A stretch of 56,504 nucleotides of DNA, from NCBI GenBank assembly GCA_963824995.1, contig CAWGRK010000016.1, forward strand, positions 62,001 to 118,504, written 5' to 3'. Shown here in pieces: positions 32,689 to 42,539 of the stretch (position 1 is its first letter; each line of letters opens with the position of its first letter). A program made the translations under genes and the position numbers. The notes under the pieces were generated by a model. The model ran no database searches, had not been told where the DNA came from, and saw only the letters and a list, made by a program, of their open reading frames with translations. This stretch comes from an uncultured Actinomycetes bacterium. GTDB lineage: Bacteria > Actinomycetota > Acidimicrobiia > Spongiisociales > DATADW01.

Positions 32689-33602
32689 CCGACAGCCCCT
32701 TCTTCCTCGCCGGCGTGGATCGAAGCGGAATCGGGCTGCTTGGCGAGGTCCTCGAGCGGCATCCCAGGCTGGCAGTCTCGAGGCGCACCAACTTCTGGTC
32801 CTTTTACTACCGGCGGTACGGTGACCTCAGCCAAACGGGAAACCTGGAGCGGTGCGTCGATGCCATGCTGCGATACCGGCGTATCCGTGACCTCGGTGTC
32901 GACCGCGACAAGTTGCTCGAGCAGATGCGCCACGGCGAGCCCAGCTACGGTCGGCTCCTCAACGGCCTCGAGGAGCAACACCTGCACCGTCTCGGCAAGA
33001 GCCGATGGGGCGATAAGTCGCTCGGTGCCGAGGGCCACGCCACGGCCATCTTCCGCGAATTCCCCGGGGCGCTGATCGTCCACATGATCCGGGACCCCCG
33101 CGACCGCTACGCCTCGCAGGCGTCACATCGCCGTCCCGCTCGGGGGATGGTCGGGTCAGGGACCGCCCTGTGGCTCTGGTCGACTCGCCTCGCCGAGCAC
33201 AACCAGGCCCGGTTCGGTGAGCGCTACCTCGTGGTCCGCTATGAGGACCTCGTGTCCGGCCCGGAGGCGACCGCCCGTATTGTGACCGGCTTCCTCGGGG
33301 AAGACTTCGACCTCGACATGCTCAGCCTGCCGTCGGGCGCTCTCCACACCACGTCGGTGGGCCGCTTCAGGCATGAACTCGACCGGCGGGAGGTCGCCTT
33401 CGTCGAGTTCGTGGCTCGAGCACCGATGCGACGTATGGGGTACCTCCCGGAGATCGATGGGCTGCTGCCCGCTGAACGCCTCCGGTTCACCCTGATCGAC
33501 CTACCGGTCAACCTGGCCCGACTGGCTGGCTGGTCGGTGGGTCGCGCCGTGAGAGGCCTAATGGCGCCGTCGCCCTCGGAGCGGAGACTGGTCGATGCCT
33601 GA
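32685..33602 (+). CDS. Sulfotransferase, paralog of 4175..5165
   Basis: FLAGVDRSG, RRTNFW, RWGDKS, HMIRDPRD, VRYEDL. Confidence 0.85.
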   Translation: MTDSPFFLAGVDRSGIGLLGEVLERHPRLAVSRRTNFWSFYYRRYGDLSQTGNLERCVDAMLRYRRIRDLGVDRDKLLEQMRHGEPSYGRLLNGLEEQHLHRLGKSRWGDKSLGAEGHATAIFREFPGALIVHMIRDPRDRYASQASHRRPARGMVGSGTALWLWSTRLAEHNQARFGERYLVVRYEDLVSGPEATARIVTGFLGEDFDLDMLSLPSGALHTTSVGRFRHELDRREVAFVEFVARAPMRRMGYLPEIDGLLPAERLRFTLIDLPVNLARLAGWSVGRAVRGLMAPSPSERRLVDA

Positions 33603-35133
33603 CCCGGAGAGCATCCCCCAAGCCGACGCGACCACCACCGAGGGCGAACGGATCGGGATTAGTACCGGTCCAGCCGGCGAATCGCCCCCGGCTGCAGCGC
33701 TGGTCCTCCGCCTCGCCGACCAGCTCGCAGCGGCCGGCGTGAGGTACTGCCACTGGAAGAACACTGCGGAGATCATGCGGTCGTTGTCCGGTGTCAACGA
33801 TCTCGATTTGCTGGTGGCCAGGCGTGACGCCACGCGGTTCGAATCCGTTCTCCACGAGCTCGGGTTCCGTCTCGCCCGGCCGGCGGCCGACCGCCAGGTC
33901 CCGGGCATCCTCGACTTCTACGGGCTGGACGAGGAGTCGGCCCGGCTCATACATGTTCATGCTCACTTCCAAATCGCGGTGGGCGACCGTCTTACTACAA
34001 GCGTGCGACTCCCCCTCGAGGAGGCGTATCTGGATTCGGCAAGTACCGGCGGTGTTCTCCCAGTGCCTAGTCCTGACTTCGAGTACCTGCTCTTCGTGCT
34101 TCGCATGGTGGCGAGGCGCGCCACGTGGGACGCCCAGCTGGGACGCAAAGGTCGGCTCACGGCCTCGGAGCTGGGCGAGATGAGGTACCTGGAGGAGCGG
34201 ATCGACCCGCAAGCGGTCGAGACTCTCCGTGTCACCCATCTGCCGTTCGTCGAGCAGGAACTTTTCGAGGCATGCCGGCAGGCACTCGGGAAAAGGTCAG
34301 GTCGACTGCACCGAGCGAAGACAGCCGGGCGACTCCTGCAACGGCTCGATGCCCAGGCGCGCCGCCCCCGGTCGGCCGATACAGCGGTGAGAATCTGGCG
34401 TCGCCTCTGGCAGCCCTTGCAGCTCCGAGTGCTCCCGTTCACCCAAAGCAGACGGTTCGACAGCGGTGGCCTGGTCATCGGGGTGCTGGGAGGGGACGGC
34501 TCGGGGAAGTCGTCGGCGGTGGCGGCGGTCGGGGACTTCCTCGGGCGCGACTTCGTGCTTCGCCGGTTCCACCTGGGCAAGCCGCCGCGATCGCTACTGA
34601 CCCGCGTCGTCAAGCGGCCCCTACGGAGGCTGCGCGACGAGGGCCGGCTTCAGGCCACGACCCTGCCCGCCTGGACCGAGTTCGACCGATTTCCCGGCTA
34701 CGGGTTCATGCTGTGGCACCTGCTCACTGCCCGCGACCGCCACCGCGAGTACCGACGAGCTCGCCGAGTGGCCGGAGCAGGGGGGATCGCCCTCTGCGAC
34801 CGCTATCCCACCCCGTCGATCAGGCTGATGGACTCGCCCCGCACCACCGACCTACCCGGGATATCGCGCCGACCTCTGGCCCGATGGATGGTCGGACGCG
34901 AGTCGGCCTACTACCGAGAGATCCTCCCTCCCGACCTACTGATCGTGCTCCGGGTGCCACCCGAGGTGGCGGTCGGCCGTCGCCACGACGAGGAGGCGGA
35001 GTTCGTCAGCCGGCGCGCTGCCGAGGTCTTCAGACAGTCGTGGAAGGGAGCGAGCACCGTCGTGGTTGACGCCGGGCGCCCCCACGACAAGGTGCTGGCC
35101 GAGATCAGGGCGGCGGTGTGGGCCGTATTGTGA
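33595..35133 (+). CDS. Nucleotidyltransferase-like plus thymidylate-kinase-like fusion protein
   Basis: N-terminal YCHWK...GVNDLDLLV (Pol-beta-type DxD); C-terminal VLGGDGSGKSS, CDRYP, PPDLLIVL. Confidence 0.65.
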   Translation: MPDPESIPQADATTTEGERIGISTGPAGESPPAAALVLRLADQLAAAGVRYCHWKNTAEIMRSLSGVNDLDLLVARRDATRFESVLHELGFRLARPAADRQVPGILDFYGLDEESARLIHVHAHFQIAVGDRLTTSVRLPLEEAYLDSASTGGVLPVPSPDFEYLLFVLRMVARRATWDAQLGRKGRLTASELGEMRYLEERIDPQAVETLRVTHLPFVEQELFEACRQALGKRSGRLHRAKTAGRLLQRLDAQARRPRSADTAVRIWRRLWQPLQLRVLPFTQSRRFDSGGLVIGVLGGDGSGKSSAVAAVGDFLGRDFVLRRFHLGKPPRSLLTRVVKRPLRRLRDEGRLQATTLPAWTEFDRFPGYGFMLWHLLTARDRHREYRRARRVAGAGGIALCDRYPTPSIRLMDSPRTTDLPGISRRPLARWMVGRESAYYREILPPDLLIVLRVPPEVAVGRRHDEEAEFVSRRAAEVFRQSWKGASTVVVDAGRPHDKVLAEIRAAVWAVL

Positions 35134-35152
35134 GCAAGGAACGAGGAACACG

Positions 35153-36109
35153 ATGCGCGCCCTGATTACCGGAGCCGCCGGTTTCATCGGAAGCCACTTG
35201 GTGGAGGCTCTCGTCTCCGACGGGTGGGACGTGGTCGGGGTCGACTGCCTCACCCCCTACTACGACGTCACCCAGAAGCTGGGAAATGTCGAGGAGTTGA
35301 GGACGTCCGTCGACCTCGAGTTAATCGACGCCGACCTTCGCACGTCTCCGCTCGAGCCCCTTCTCGACGGCGTTGACGCCGTCTTCCACCAGGCTGGACA
35401 GCCCGGTGTGCGCGCCTCCTGGGACGACTTCGAGTCCTATGTCGAGCACAACATCCTGGCGACTCGGCGGCTGCTCGAGGCGGCGCGGGGCACCAACGTG
35501 ACCCGTTTCGTGTACGCGTCGAGCTCTTCGGTGTATGGCGACGCCGTCTCCTATCCGACGCGCGAGGAAACCCTGCCTATGCCGCAGAGCCCGTACGGTG
35601 TGAGCAAGCTCGCCGCCGAACACCTATGCAACGTCTACGCCCGGAACTGGGCGGTGCCGGTGGTGTCGCTTCGCTACTTCACCGTCTTCGGACCGCGTCA
35701 GCGCCCCGACATGGCGACGCATCGCCTGATCCGCGCCGCCTTGGAAGGCGGCTCCTTTCCCATGTATGGGACAGGGGATCAAGTGCGCGACTTCACCTAT
35801 GTCGGCGATGTGGTGGCGGCCAATCTGTCTGCGGCAACCGCCCCGGTCGAACCAGGGGCGGTGCTGAACATCGCCGGAGGCGGCGCCGTCACCTTGGCCG
35901 AGCTCATTGCGGCGGTAGAGCGGATTACGGGTCGTCCTATCGAGTTAGATCGGCGCCCGCCAGAGAAGGGCGATGTGCACCGGACCGGTGGCTCGACCGA
36001 TGCCGCCCGGGCGGCTTTGGGCTGGGCCCCGGCAACCCCGATGGACCTGGGCCTCGAGCTCCAAGTCGAGTGGCATCTGCGGAGGCAGGGGGCGTCACCG
36101 GCGGGCTGA
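35153..36109 (+). CDS. NAD-dependent nucleotide-sugar epimerase/dehydratase (extended SDR)
   Basis: ATG 35153 ITGAAGFIG, HQAGQPGVR, SSSSVYG, YGVSK, RYFTVFGPRQRPDM. Confidence 0.92.
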   Translation: MRALITGAAGFIGSHLVEALVSDGWDVVGVDCLTPYYDVTQKLGNVEELRTSVDLELIDADLRTSPLEPLLDGVDAVFHQAGQPGVRASWDDFESYVEHNILATRRLLEAARGTNVTRFVYASSSSVYGDAVSYPTREETLPMPQSPYGVSKLAAEHLCNVYARNWAVPVVSLRYFTVFGPRQRPDMATHRLIRAALEGGSFPMYGTGDQVRDFTYVGDVVAANLSAATAPVEPGAVLNIAGGGAVTLAELIAAVERITGRPIELDRRPPEKGDVHRTGGSTDAARAALGWAPATPMDLGLELQVEWHLRRQGASPAG

Positions 36110-36173
36110 GAGTCCCGGCGGACGGTGCTCCGCCGGCCATTTCATGGTCCTGCCATGTGTTCCTTGTGGACGA

Positions 36174-39100
36174 CTATGGAACCAGGTACTCGACGTGGAG
36201 CACGGGTGCCAGCGTCGGACCTCCACCGTTCCGGGATTCAGCAGTGCGCTTGCCCGTCCCGGTTACCAGGATCACTATTGGGTTCCCCCCTACCCACCCT
36301 GGCCGGTCCACCACTTCTTGGATGACTCCGGCGAGATTCGGGGTCCTCTGGGCTGTCCCAGCGGCTCCGATGGTCCAAGCCGGCGGTACCCATGCCACGC
36401 TCGCCGTAGTCCGCGGTCGGGTCGAGATACTGGTTGGAGCAGTGGTGAATGCCGCAGCCTGATCGGCCGCCTGCCCCCGTACCACGAGGTTGGTGGTGCC
36501 TGAATGCGCCTCATCGGCCACGAACTGAACCCAGGCATTGACGATCGTCGCCCCATCGGGGATTTGCAGCCCGGCGAACCGCATTCCCACCGTCTGGTTC
36601 CCGCCCGCGTTGTCGAGCACCAACTCAAGATCGCCGTCGCTGATGTTGACTGACCCGGCGGCGGACTCTTCGGCGTCGTCGGCGCTTGCGGCAACGGGCG
36701 CCTCAACCGTGACCACGGTTCCCTGGGGCAGGTTGACGGTCACCGCTACATCGTCGCTGGCGCTGAGCTGGGAGTCGCTCGCCGTCAGCCGGAGGACGTA
36801 GTTCCCGGCAGCCGAGAAGGTGGCAGTGGTGTCCACAGCGTTGGCATTCCCGAAGGTCACGTTGCCTGGCCCACTCACCTTGGTCCAGGTGGCAATCACA
36901 GCCGCAGGAGGATCGGGCAAGCCGTCGTCGGTAACAGTCCCATCCAGGTTGGCTGGGTCACCGAGCGTGACGCCGAGGTCAGCCCCGGCGTTCACGACGG
37001 GCCGCAACTGGGTCGAGGTGGTGTACTCGACGTGGAGCAGTGGCGCCAGGGTGGCCCCGGCGTTTCTTGCCTCGGCCACTCGCTCACCGGTTCCGGTGAC
37101 GATGATCGCCAGGGCGTTCCCGCTGGTCCATCCCGGCCTGCTCACCACTTCCTGGATCACGGTTGCCAGGTCGGGGGTTCGCTGGTCAGGCCCTGCAACG
37201 TCGATCACCGGCCATGCCGGAGGGTTCCAGTTCACCGCGGCCGAGGTGCGGGGGCGCGAGGAGATCCCGAAGGCGGCGGTGGTGAAGGTGGCAGCATTGT
37301 CAACGGCCTGCGCCCGAATGACCAGGCTGGTTGCGTTTGAGGGGGTCTCATCCGCCGTGAACTGGACATACGCGCCGATGATCGTGGCGCCGGCGGGGAT
37401 GCCGAGCCCAGCGAATCTCATGCCTACCGTCTGGTTGCCATCGTCGAAGACCAGTTCGAGGTCGCTGCTCGTGAGGTCGACCGCCCCCGTCGCCGACTCC
37501 TCGGCGTCGTCGTTGCCGACCGCCACCCGGGTCTCGACGACGTTCCCGGAGGTCACGGTGATGGTGACGTCATCGGAGGCCTGGAGTTGGGAGTCGTTGG
37601 CGGTGAGCCGCAGCACGTAGCTGCCGGTGGCGCTGAAGCTGGCGGTGGTGTCGACGGCGTTGGCGTTGCCGAAGTTGACGGTGCCCGGCCCGCTCACCTG
37701 GCTCCAAGTGGTAGTCAAGGTCCCCGGTGGGTTGGGCAGTCCGTCGTCGCTCACCGTGCCGTTGAGGGACGCCCCTGAGGTCTGGCTGACTGCCACGTCG
37801 GGCCCGGCGCTGACCGTGGGCGCCTGGTTGACCACCGGGTTGACGGTGATGGTTACTTCGTCGAAGGCGGTGAGCGCCGAGTCATTGGCGGAGAGCCGGA
37901 GGACATAGGTACCGGCCTGGCTGAAGCTGGCGGTGGTGTCGACCGCGTTGGGGTTGCCGAAGGTGACGTTCCCCGGCCCGCTGGTCTCGGTCCAGGTGGT
38001 GGTCACCGCGCCCGGTGGGTTGGGCAACCCGTCGTCGGTCACGGTTCCGTTGAGGGATGCCCCGGTAGCCTGGCTCACGGTCGCGTCGGGCCCGGCGCTG
38101 ACCGTGGGCACCTGGTTGGCGGGGGCCACGGTGATGGTCACCTCGTCGAAGGCGGTGAGCGCCGAGTCATTGGCGGTGAGCCGGAGGACATAGGTACCGG
38201 CCTGGCTGAAGCTGGCGGTGGTGTCGACGGCGTTGGGGTTGCCGAAGGTGACATTCCCTGGCCCGCTGGTCTCGGTCCAGGTGGTGGTCACCGCTCCCGG
38301 TGGGTTGGGCAACCCGTCGTCGCCCACGGTCCCGTTGAGCGAAGCGCCGGTGGCGATGGTCGACCGTCTGGTCGGTCCCGGCATTGACCGTTGGCGCCTG
38401 GTTCTCCACGGGCCCACCGATGTTGGGAGCCGAGATCTCGAAGATCTTCCCGTCGTTCTCATTGGAGTTGCCCCCGTTGTCGACGGCGCGATCGACTATC
38501 CACAGGCTCATCTGGCCCGACCCGTTGCTCGACGGCGCGACCGCAAGCCCGGAGATGTACTGCAGTTGGCTGACTGCGTCCACACTGATGGACCGCAACA
38601 ACGTGCCGTCATGCGTGATCTCGAAGATGTCGCCGGTGGCTCGCGCTCCGACGTACAGCGTGGCCCGGCCGGGGGCAATAGCCAGCCCCTCGAAGTCACT
38701 GGGTCCGAGATGGCTGATGTCGAATTGGGTGATTACATCGTTGCCATTGCCGAAGGTGCCGTCGACCGGGTTCACTCGGAAGACCTCACGAGAGACGCCG
38801 TCGAGAAAGAAGAGGTGACCGGTTGTCGAGTCGAACTCGGGGTCCTCGGTATCACCGCTGCCCACGGCGCCGGCATTGATCGAGCCGACGGGGTCGTCAA
38901 GGGTGCCGAACTGGCCGTCTGGTCCGGTCTGCATCACGTACACACGGTCGTCGTCGTCATCGGAGACGAAGAGAGTGTTGGAGACTGGGGAGTAGCCGGC
39001 TCCGGTCGGCTCCCGAGAGAAACCGCGGTCGCCATCGAAGAGGGGAGCGTTCGGACCCCACATCGTGCCGGTCCCGACCACGGTCCCGGTTCGGGTGCTG

Positions 39101-40138
39101 CGCCATATGTTGACGTTGTGCCACCCGGCCCCGGTCTGCTCGTCGACCTCGGAATCCACCACTACCAGTTGGTCGCTGCCCGGCATCCAGGTGATCCCTG
39201 CTGGGTCGGGAGAGCCAGGGTTCCATGCCGAGGTGGGGATCATCTGAATCAGCGTGCCGGTGTCGAGTGTCGCCGCGGCGGCGACGACCGCCTCGAGTGA
39301 GACTTCGGTGACGTTGCCCAGGGAGTCCCCATTCCCGGAGTCGGCGACGAAAAGGTTCAGGGTCGCCGAGTCGTCGGTCCGGTCAGTGCTGGGAGCGAAG
39401 GCCATCGACTCCGGGGCGATGAGCCCGAGTGAAGTGGTGTCGAAGCTCTTGCGGATGTCCCCCGTCGGTCGATGGCGACCAGGCGGTCTCGGGAGGGGGC
39501 CAAGACGTAGAGCAGGTCGTCGGAGGTGTTGTAGGCGATCGCCTGGGCTCCGCCGAGTCGGGGCAGCCGCAGCCGGGCGGGTCCGGCCGACTGGGCCGCG
39601 GGGCCGATCGATGGCGACGGTGTTGGATTCGGTTTCGAGGACATACCAGGTGCCGCGGTCGGGGTCGAAGGAGGCGCTGCCCGGTGCCCGTAACCCGAGA
39701 GCTTCGATCGAGGTCCGAGCCGTCGGGGGCCGGCGCCGGCGGATGTGCTCACCCGATATGTCCACCCTGCTCTCACCGTCGATGGCGGTCAACTCGTCCC
39801 CGGCGGCGTCGAAGGCGAGGGTGGCCGGATCCGCCACCCGGGAGATACGGAAGACCCCTCGTGGGTCCCGTTCGTCGTCGAGCCGGACGACCTTGGCGCC
39901 GGTCCCGGCCTCGCCGGCGACCAGCAGGAGATCCCGGGCCGGGTCGTAAGCCGACACCGCGCGGGCGTGCCACTCCGAACTCGTTGGTCCAGACCTTCTG
40001 GACCTCTTGCACCTCCTGCACCTCAGGCGTCGCAACCGGCTGAGAAGTGGCGACGGCGGATGTCGGCGCCAGGCTGGTCGACAGAATCACGGACATGCTC
40101 ACGACGGCGACTAGCCGTCGACGCGCGAAGAAACGCAT
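36174..40138 (-). CDS. Large secreted surface protein: beta-propeller-like N-terminal region, four PKD/Ig-like repeats and two related C-terminal domains (several frameshifts)
   Basis: Signal peptide [24 protein letters not shown] after a GGAGG RBS; propeller-like repeats in ORF 38167; PTVSAGPD...DDGLPNPP...[10 protein letters not shown] repeats; two DDAEES...GMRFAGL.IP.GATI...APxLHVEY domains. Confidence 0.75.
37550..38400 (-). repeat. Three tandem ~285-bp PKD/Ig-like coding repeats (a fourth copy near 36730-37000)
   Basis: Near-identical DNA offset by 285 bp, e.g. tcgtcgaaggcggtgagcgccgagtcattggcg at 37858 and 38143. Confidence 0.85.
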
Positions 40139-40218
40139 CCCGAACACTCCCACCTCCCCCGAGGCTCTCCCTACAGGGGCAGCATAAACCCTCAGGGGGG
40201 TCCGCGCGCGGGAGAAGA

Positions 40219-41157
40219 TCAAAATCTCTGTCGGGCCGTTGTCGGCGAGCCGGTGAAGCGGTACCACCCGAGCACACGCATGGCGCGCAATGTGTTCCAC
40301 CTGCTCGGCTTTCCCGGTCCCGGTTCCATTAGGAAGTGCTCGGTCCCCTTGTGATGGTTCTGCAGCGGCCATCGCCCGTCCTTGGTCCGCTTGCTCTCCA
40401 CCAGGTCGATCGCATCGTCCAACCGGGGATCGGGTGTCACCGCAGCGGCCCGCAAATAGTCCAATCCCCGCAATACGTCGTAGTGCCAGCGGGGTGGGAA
40501 AGAGAACCTCGTCCAACTGGGGCTGATGATGTTGCCAGTAGACAGCGAGCGGAACATCCCACGATCCATGAGGTACTCGTGGCCCCTTATCCGGGCGGCA
40601 CTCACCTGGGCATTCCGTCCGGCCTGTGACATCTCGTATTCGAGCAGGCCCTCCAAGACCAGGATCGTCGTGTTGAACGAAGAGCGTTGCGATCCCCGCG
40701 CAGTGGCGCAGTTCCATCCCCCGTCCTCGAGTTGCTCGTCGAGGAGCCACTGGATGACATCATCACCGGCCTTGCCAAAGTAAGCAGCCAGCGACAGGAC
40801 GATCCCGGTGATGCACGTTTCTCCCCTATAGGAGAAGTAGGGCCACTCGGCCTGCCCCATGGACACGTGACTGTCGACCAGGTCCACGGCCCTCCTCATG
40901 CGGTCGGCTGCTGGGTCCACGCCGAGGTCGCGAAGTTGAAGCAAGGTGTAGGTGGTGGATGTCCACTTCGGGCTGTACGTGCCTCCGCCCCACTCGCCGT
41001 CGTCCGCTTGGAGGGATAGCAGCCGCGCACCCCATCCCTCTTCGGCCACCCGAGAGCGTTCCGCCGCGACGGCATCGCCGGGTTGGCCGGTGAGGTCGCG
41101 CATCACTTGCCAGCGGATCGAAGGATCGCCTTCGAGTAGCCAATCGATCACATCCAC
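40219..41157 (-). CDS. Prenyltransferase/squalene-oxidase-repeat (alpha/alpha barrel) hypothetical protein
   Basis: DWLLEGDPSIRWQV; QW-like repeats QADDGEWGG, QLEDGGWNC, KDGRWP. Confidence 0.7.
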   Translation of the reverse strand: MDVIDWLLEGDPSIRWQVMRDLTGQPGDAVAAERSRVAEEGWGARLLSLQADDGEWGGGTYSPKWTSTTYTLLQLRDLGVDPAADRMRRAVDLVDSHVSMGQAEWPYFSYRGETCITGIVLSLAAYFGKAGDDVIQWLLDEQLEDGGWNCATARGSQRSSFNTTILVLEGLLEYEMSQAGRNAQVSAARIRGHEYLMDRGMFRSLSTGNIISPSWTRFSFPPRWHYDVLRGLDYLRAAAVTPDPRLDDAIDLVESKRTKDGRWPLQNHHKGTEHFLMEPGPGKPSRWNTLRAMRVLGWYRFTGSPTTARQRF

Positions 41158-41584
41158 GACTGGAAGGTATCAAGGGTCGTGCTTAGGCGGGATTTGAGGA
41201 AGGGTTGATAGTCGAACATATGCAGCGTCTGCCACGGGTCACGAGGTTGGGCGTTCGAGTTCCGCTTTATCGACGGCGAGGGCGTCCTGGTGGCCCGACG
41301 CGAGGTGACGGTCTGGGCGGGTGGAATGGGCAAGGCGCATCTCATCGAGATCCCGATCGGCAGCCGGGCAGGTGTGGCCGTGGACGCGGTCGGCTCAGCC
41401 CCGACTAGCTCGTCGCACTCGCACCGCGCGGGCAATCAACGCTTGCCGGACGCGGCGACTAGTCGTTCCAGAGGACATGTGTCGATCGCGTGGGCCAGAT
41501 AGGTCCGTCGCTCCAGGCGTCGCTTCTACTGTCCTAAGCGGGCGCCGGTCACCTCCGCAAGTAAAACGTGGTATTCCTTGAACC

Positions 41585-42094
41585 ATGTCCCCGTTGAATC
41601 TTTCCGGGTTCGACTTCTCCAAACGTGAGGAGCCGGAGCCAATCGCCGACATCCGTCAACTGTTGGTGGACTGGCTCTCATATCAGCGGCATGAGTTCCT
41701 TCGCAAGTTGCGCGATCTGACACCCGAGGGTCTCGTCGAATGGTCGGTTCCTCCGCTGGAACTATCGGTACTCGGGTTGGTTCGACACATGACCCAGATG
41801 GAGCACATCTATTTGGCCTGGGGCCTGGGTGGTGGTGAGAGGAGCGCGCTCTACGGAGACGATGACTATGCCGGCGGCTCGATCGAAACCATCGAAGAAG
41901 ACTTGAAGACCTACTTGATGGAGGTCGAGAAGTCGGATCGCGCCATTGCCAACCTCCCATCCCTCGATTCTTCGGGCCTGGGTCACGGCCGACCGCTGGC
42001 GGCGACGCTGGTGAAGATGGTCGACGAGTACGCCCTGCACAGCGGCCAGGCTCACATGCTCCGTTTCGCCGCACTCGGGGAGATCATCCGCTGA
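41585..42094 (+). CDS. DinB family (DUF664-like) protein
   Basis: LGLVRHMTQME and EYALHSGQA metal-binding His motifs. Confidence 0.85.
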   Translation: MSPLNLSGFDFSKREEPEPIADIRQLLVDWLSYQRHEFLRKLRDLTPEGLVEWSVPPLELSVLGLVRHMTQMEHIYLAWGLGGGERSALYGDDDYAGGSIETIEEDLKTYLMEVEKSDRAIANLPSLDSSGLGHGRPLAATLVKMVDEYALHSGQAHMLRFAALGEIIR

Positions 42095-42308
42095 TCGGTG
42101 ACTGACTGAGTTTGTCCGCGATGCCGCCGCCATCGCGGCCAGACTCGGCTTCTACCTCTGGCCAGGTCGCGTTCCGCGAGTGCCAGCGCTGTCAACGGCG
42201 TGGTCACGGGAGCCCCCTCCTTGCCGTGGCCCTCTGTCCGTTGTTGGGGGGTGTGAGACAATACCGAGGCGGCGGTCACAGTTGGCATGCCACGGCCTGG
42301 AGGCGCGT

Positions 42309-42437
42309 ATGGGTAACAAGGACAAGGGCGGCAAGAACACCAAGACGGTGGCTGCGAAAGACCTCAAGCAAAAGAGGCAGGACAAGAAGGCTAAGCGGGC
42401 GGCGAACGACGCCAAGAAGAATCGCGTCGCGCAGTAG
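42309..42437 (+). CDS. Small lysine-rich protein (42 aa)
   Basis: GGAGG RBS at 42299-42303, ATG 42309, MGNKDKGGKNTKTVAAKDLKQKRQDKKAKRAANDAKKNRVAQ, TAG; AAG-dominated high-GC codon usage. Confidence 0.7.
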   Translation: MGNKDKGGKNTKTVAAKDLKQKRQDKKAKRAANDAKKNRVAQ

Positions 42438-42539
42438 TTCGATCAGGTCCTTACGAGACCGGGTTGGTCACACCCCGAACGGCGGGGTAGCAGCAACCCA
42501 CCAAGCTCGCTCGGTCGCCGCTCGAGGCACCCGGGCAGA

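Noticed and set aside
39773..40750. 325-aa ORF as a real gene
   Set aside because: Its 5' part is an alternate frame of 40219..41157; only the portion from ATG 40138 is the surface-protein N-terminus.
40219..41157. Squalene-hopene cyclase
   Set aside because: Only 312 aa and no DXDD motif.
41160..41580. Short ORFs or an ncRNA in this intergenic gap
   Set aside because: No recognisable motif, RBS or convincing structure; may be a gene remnant.
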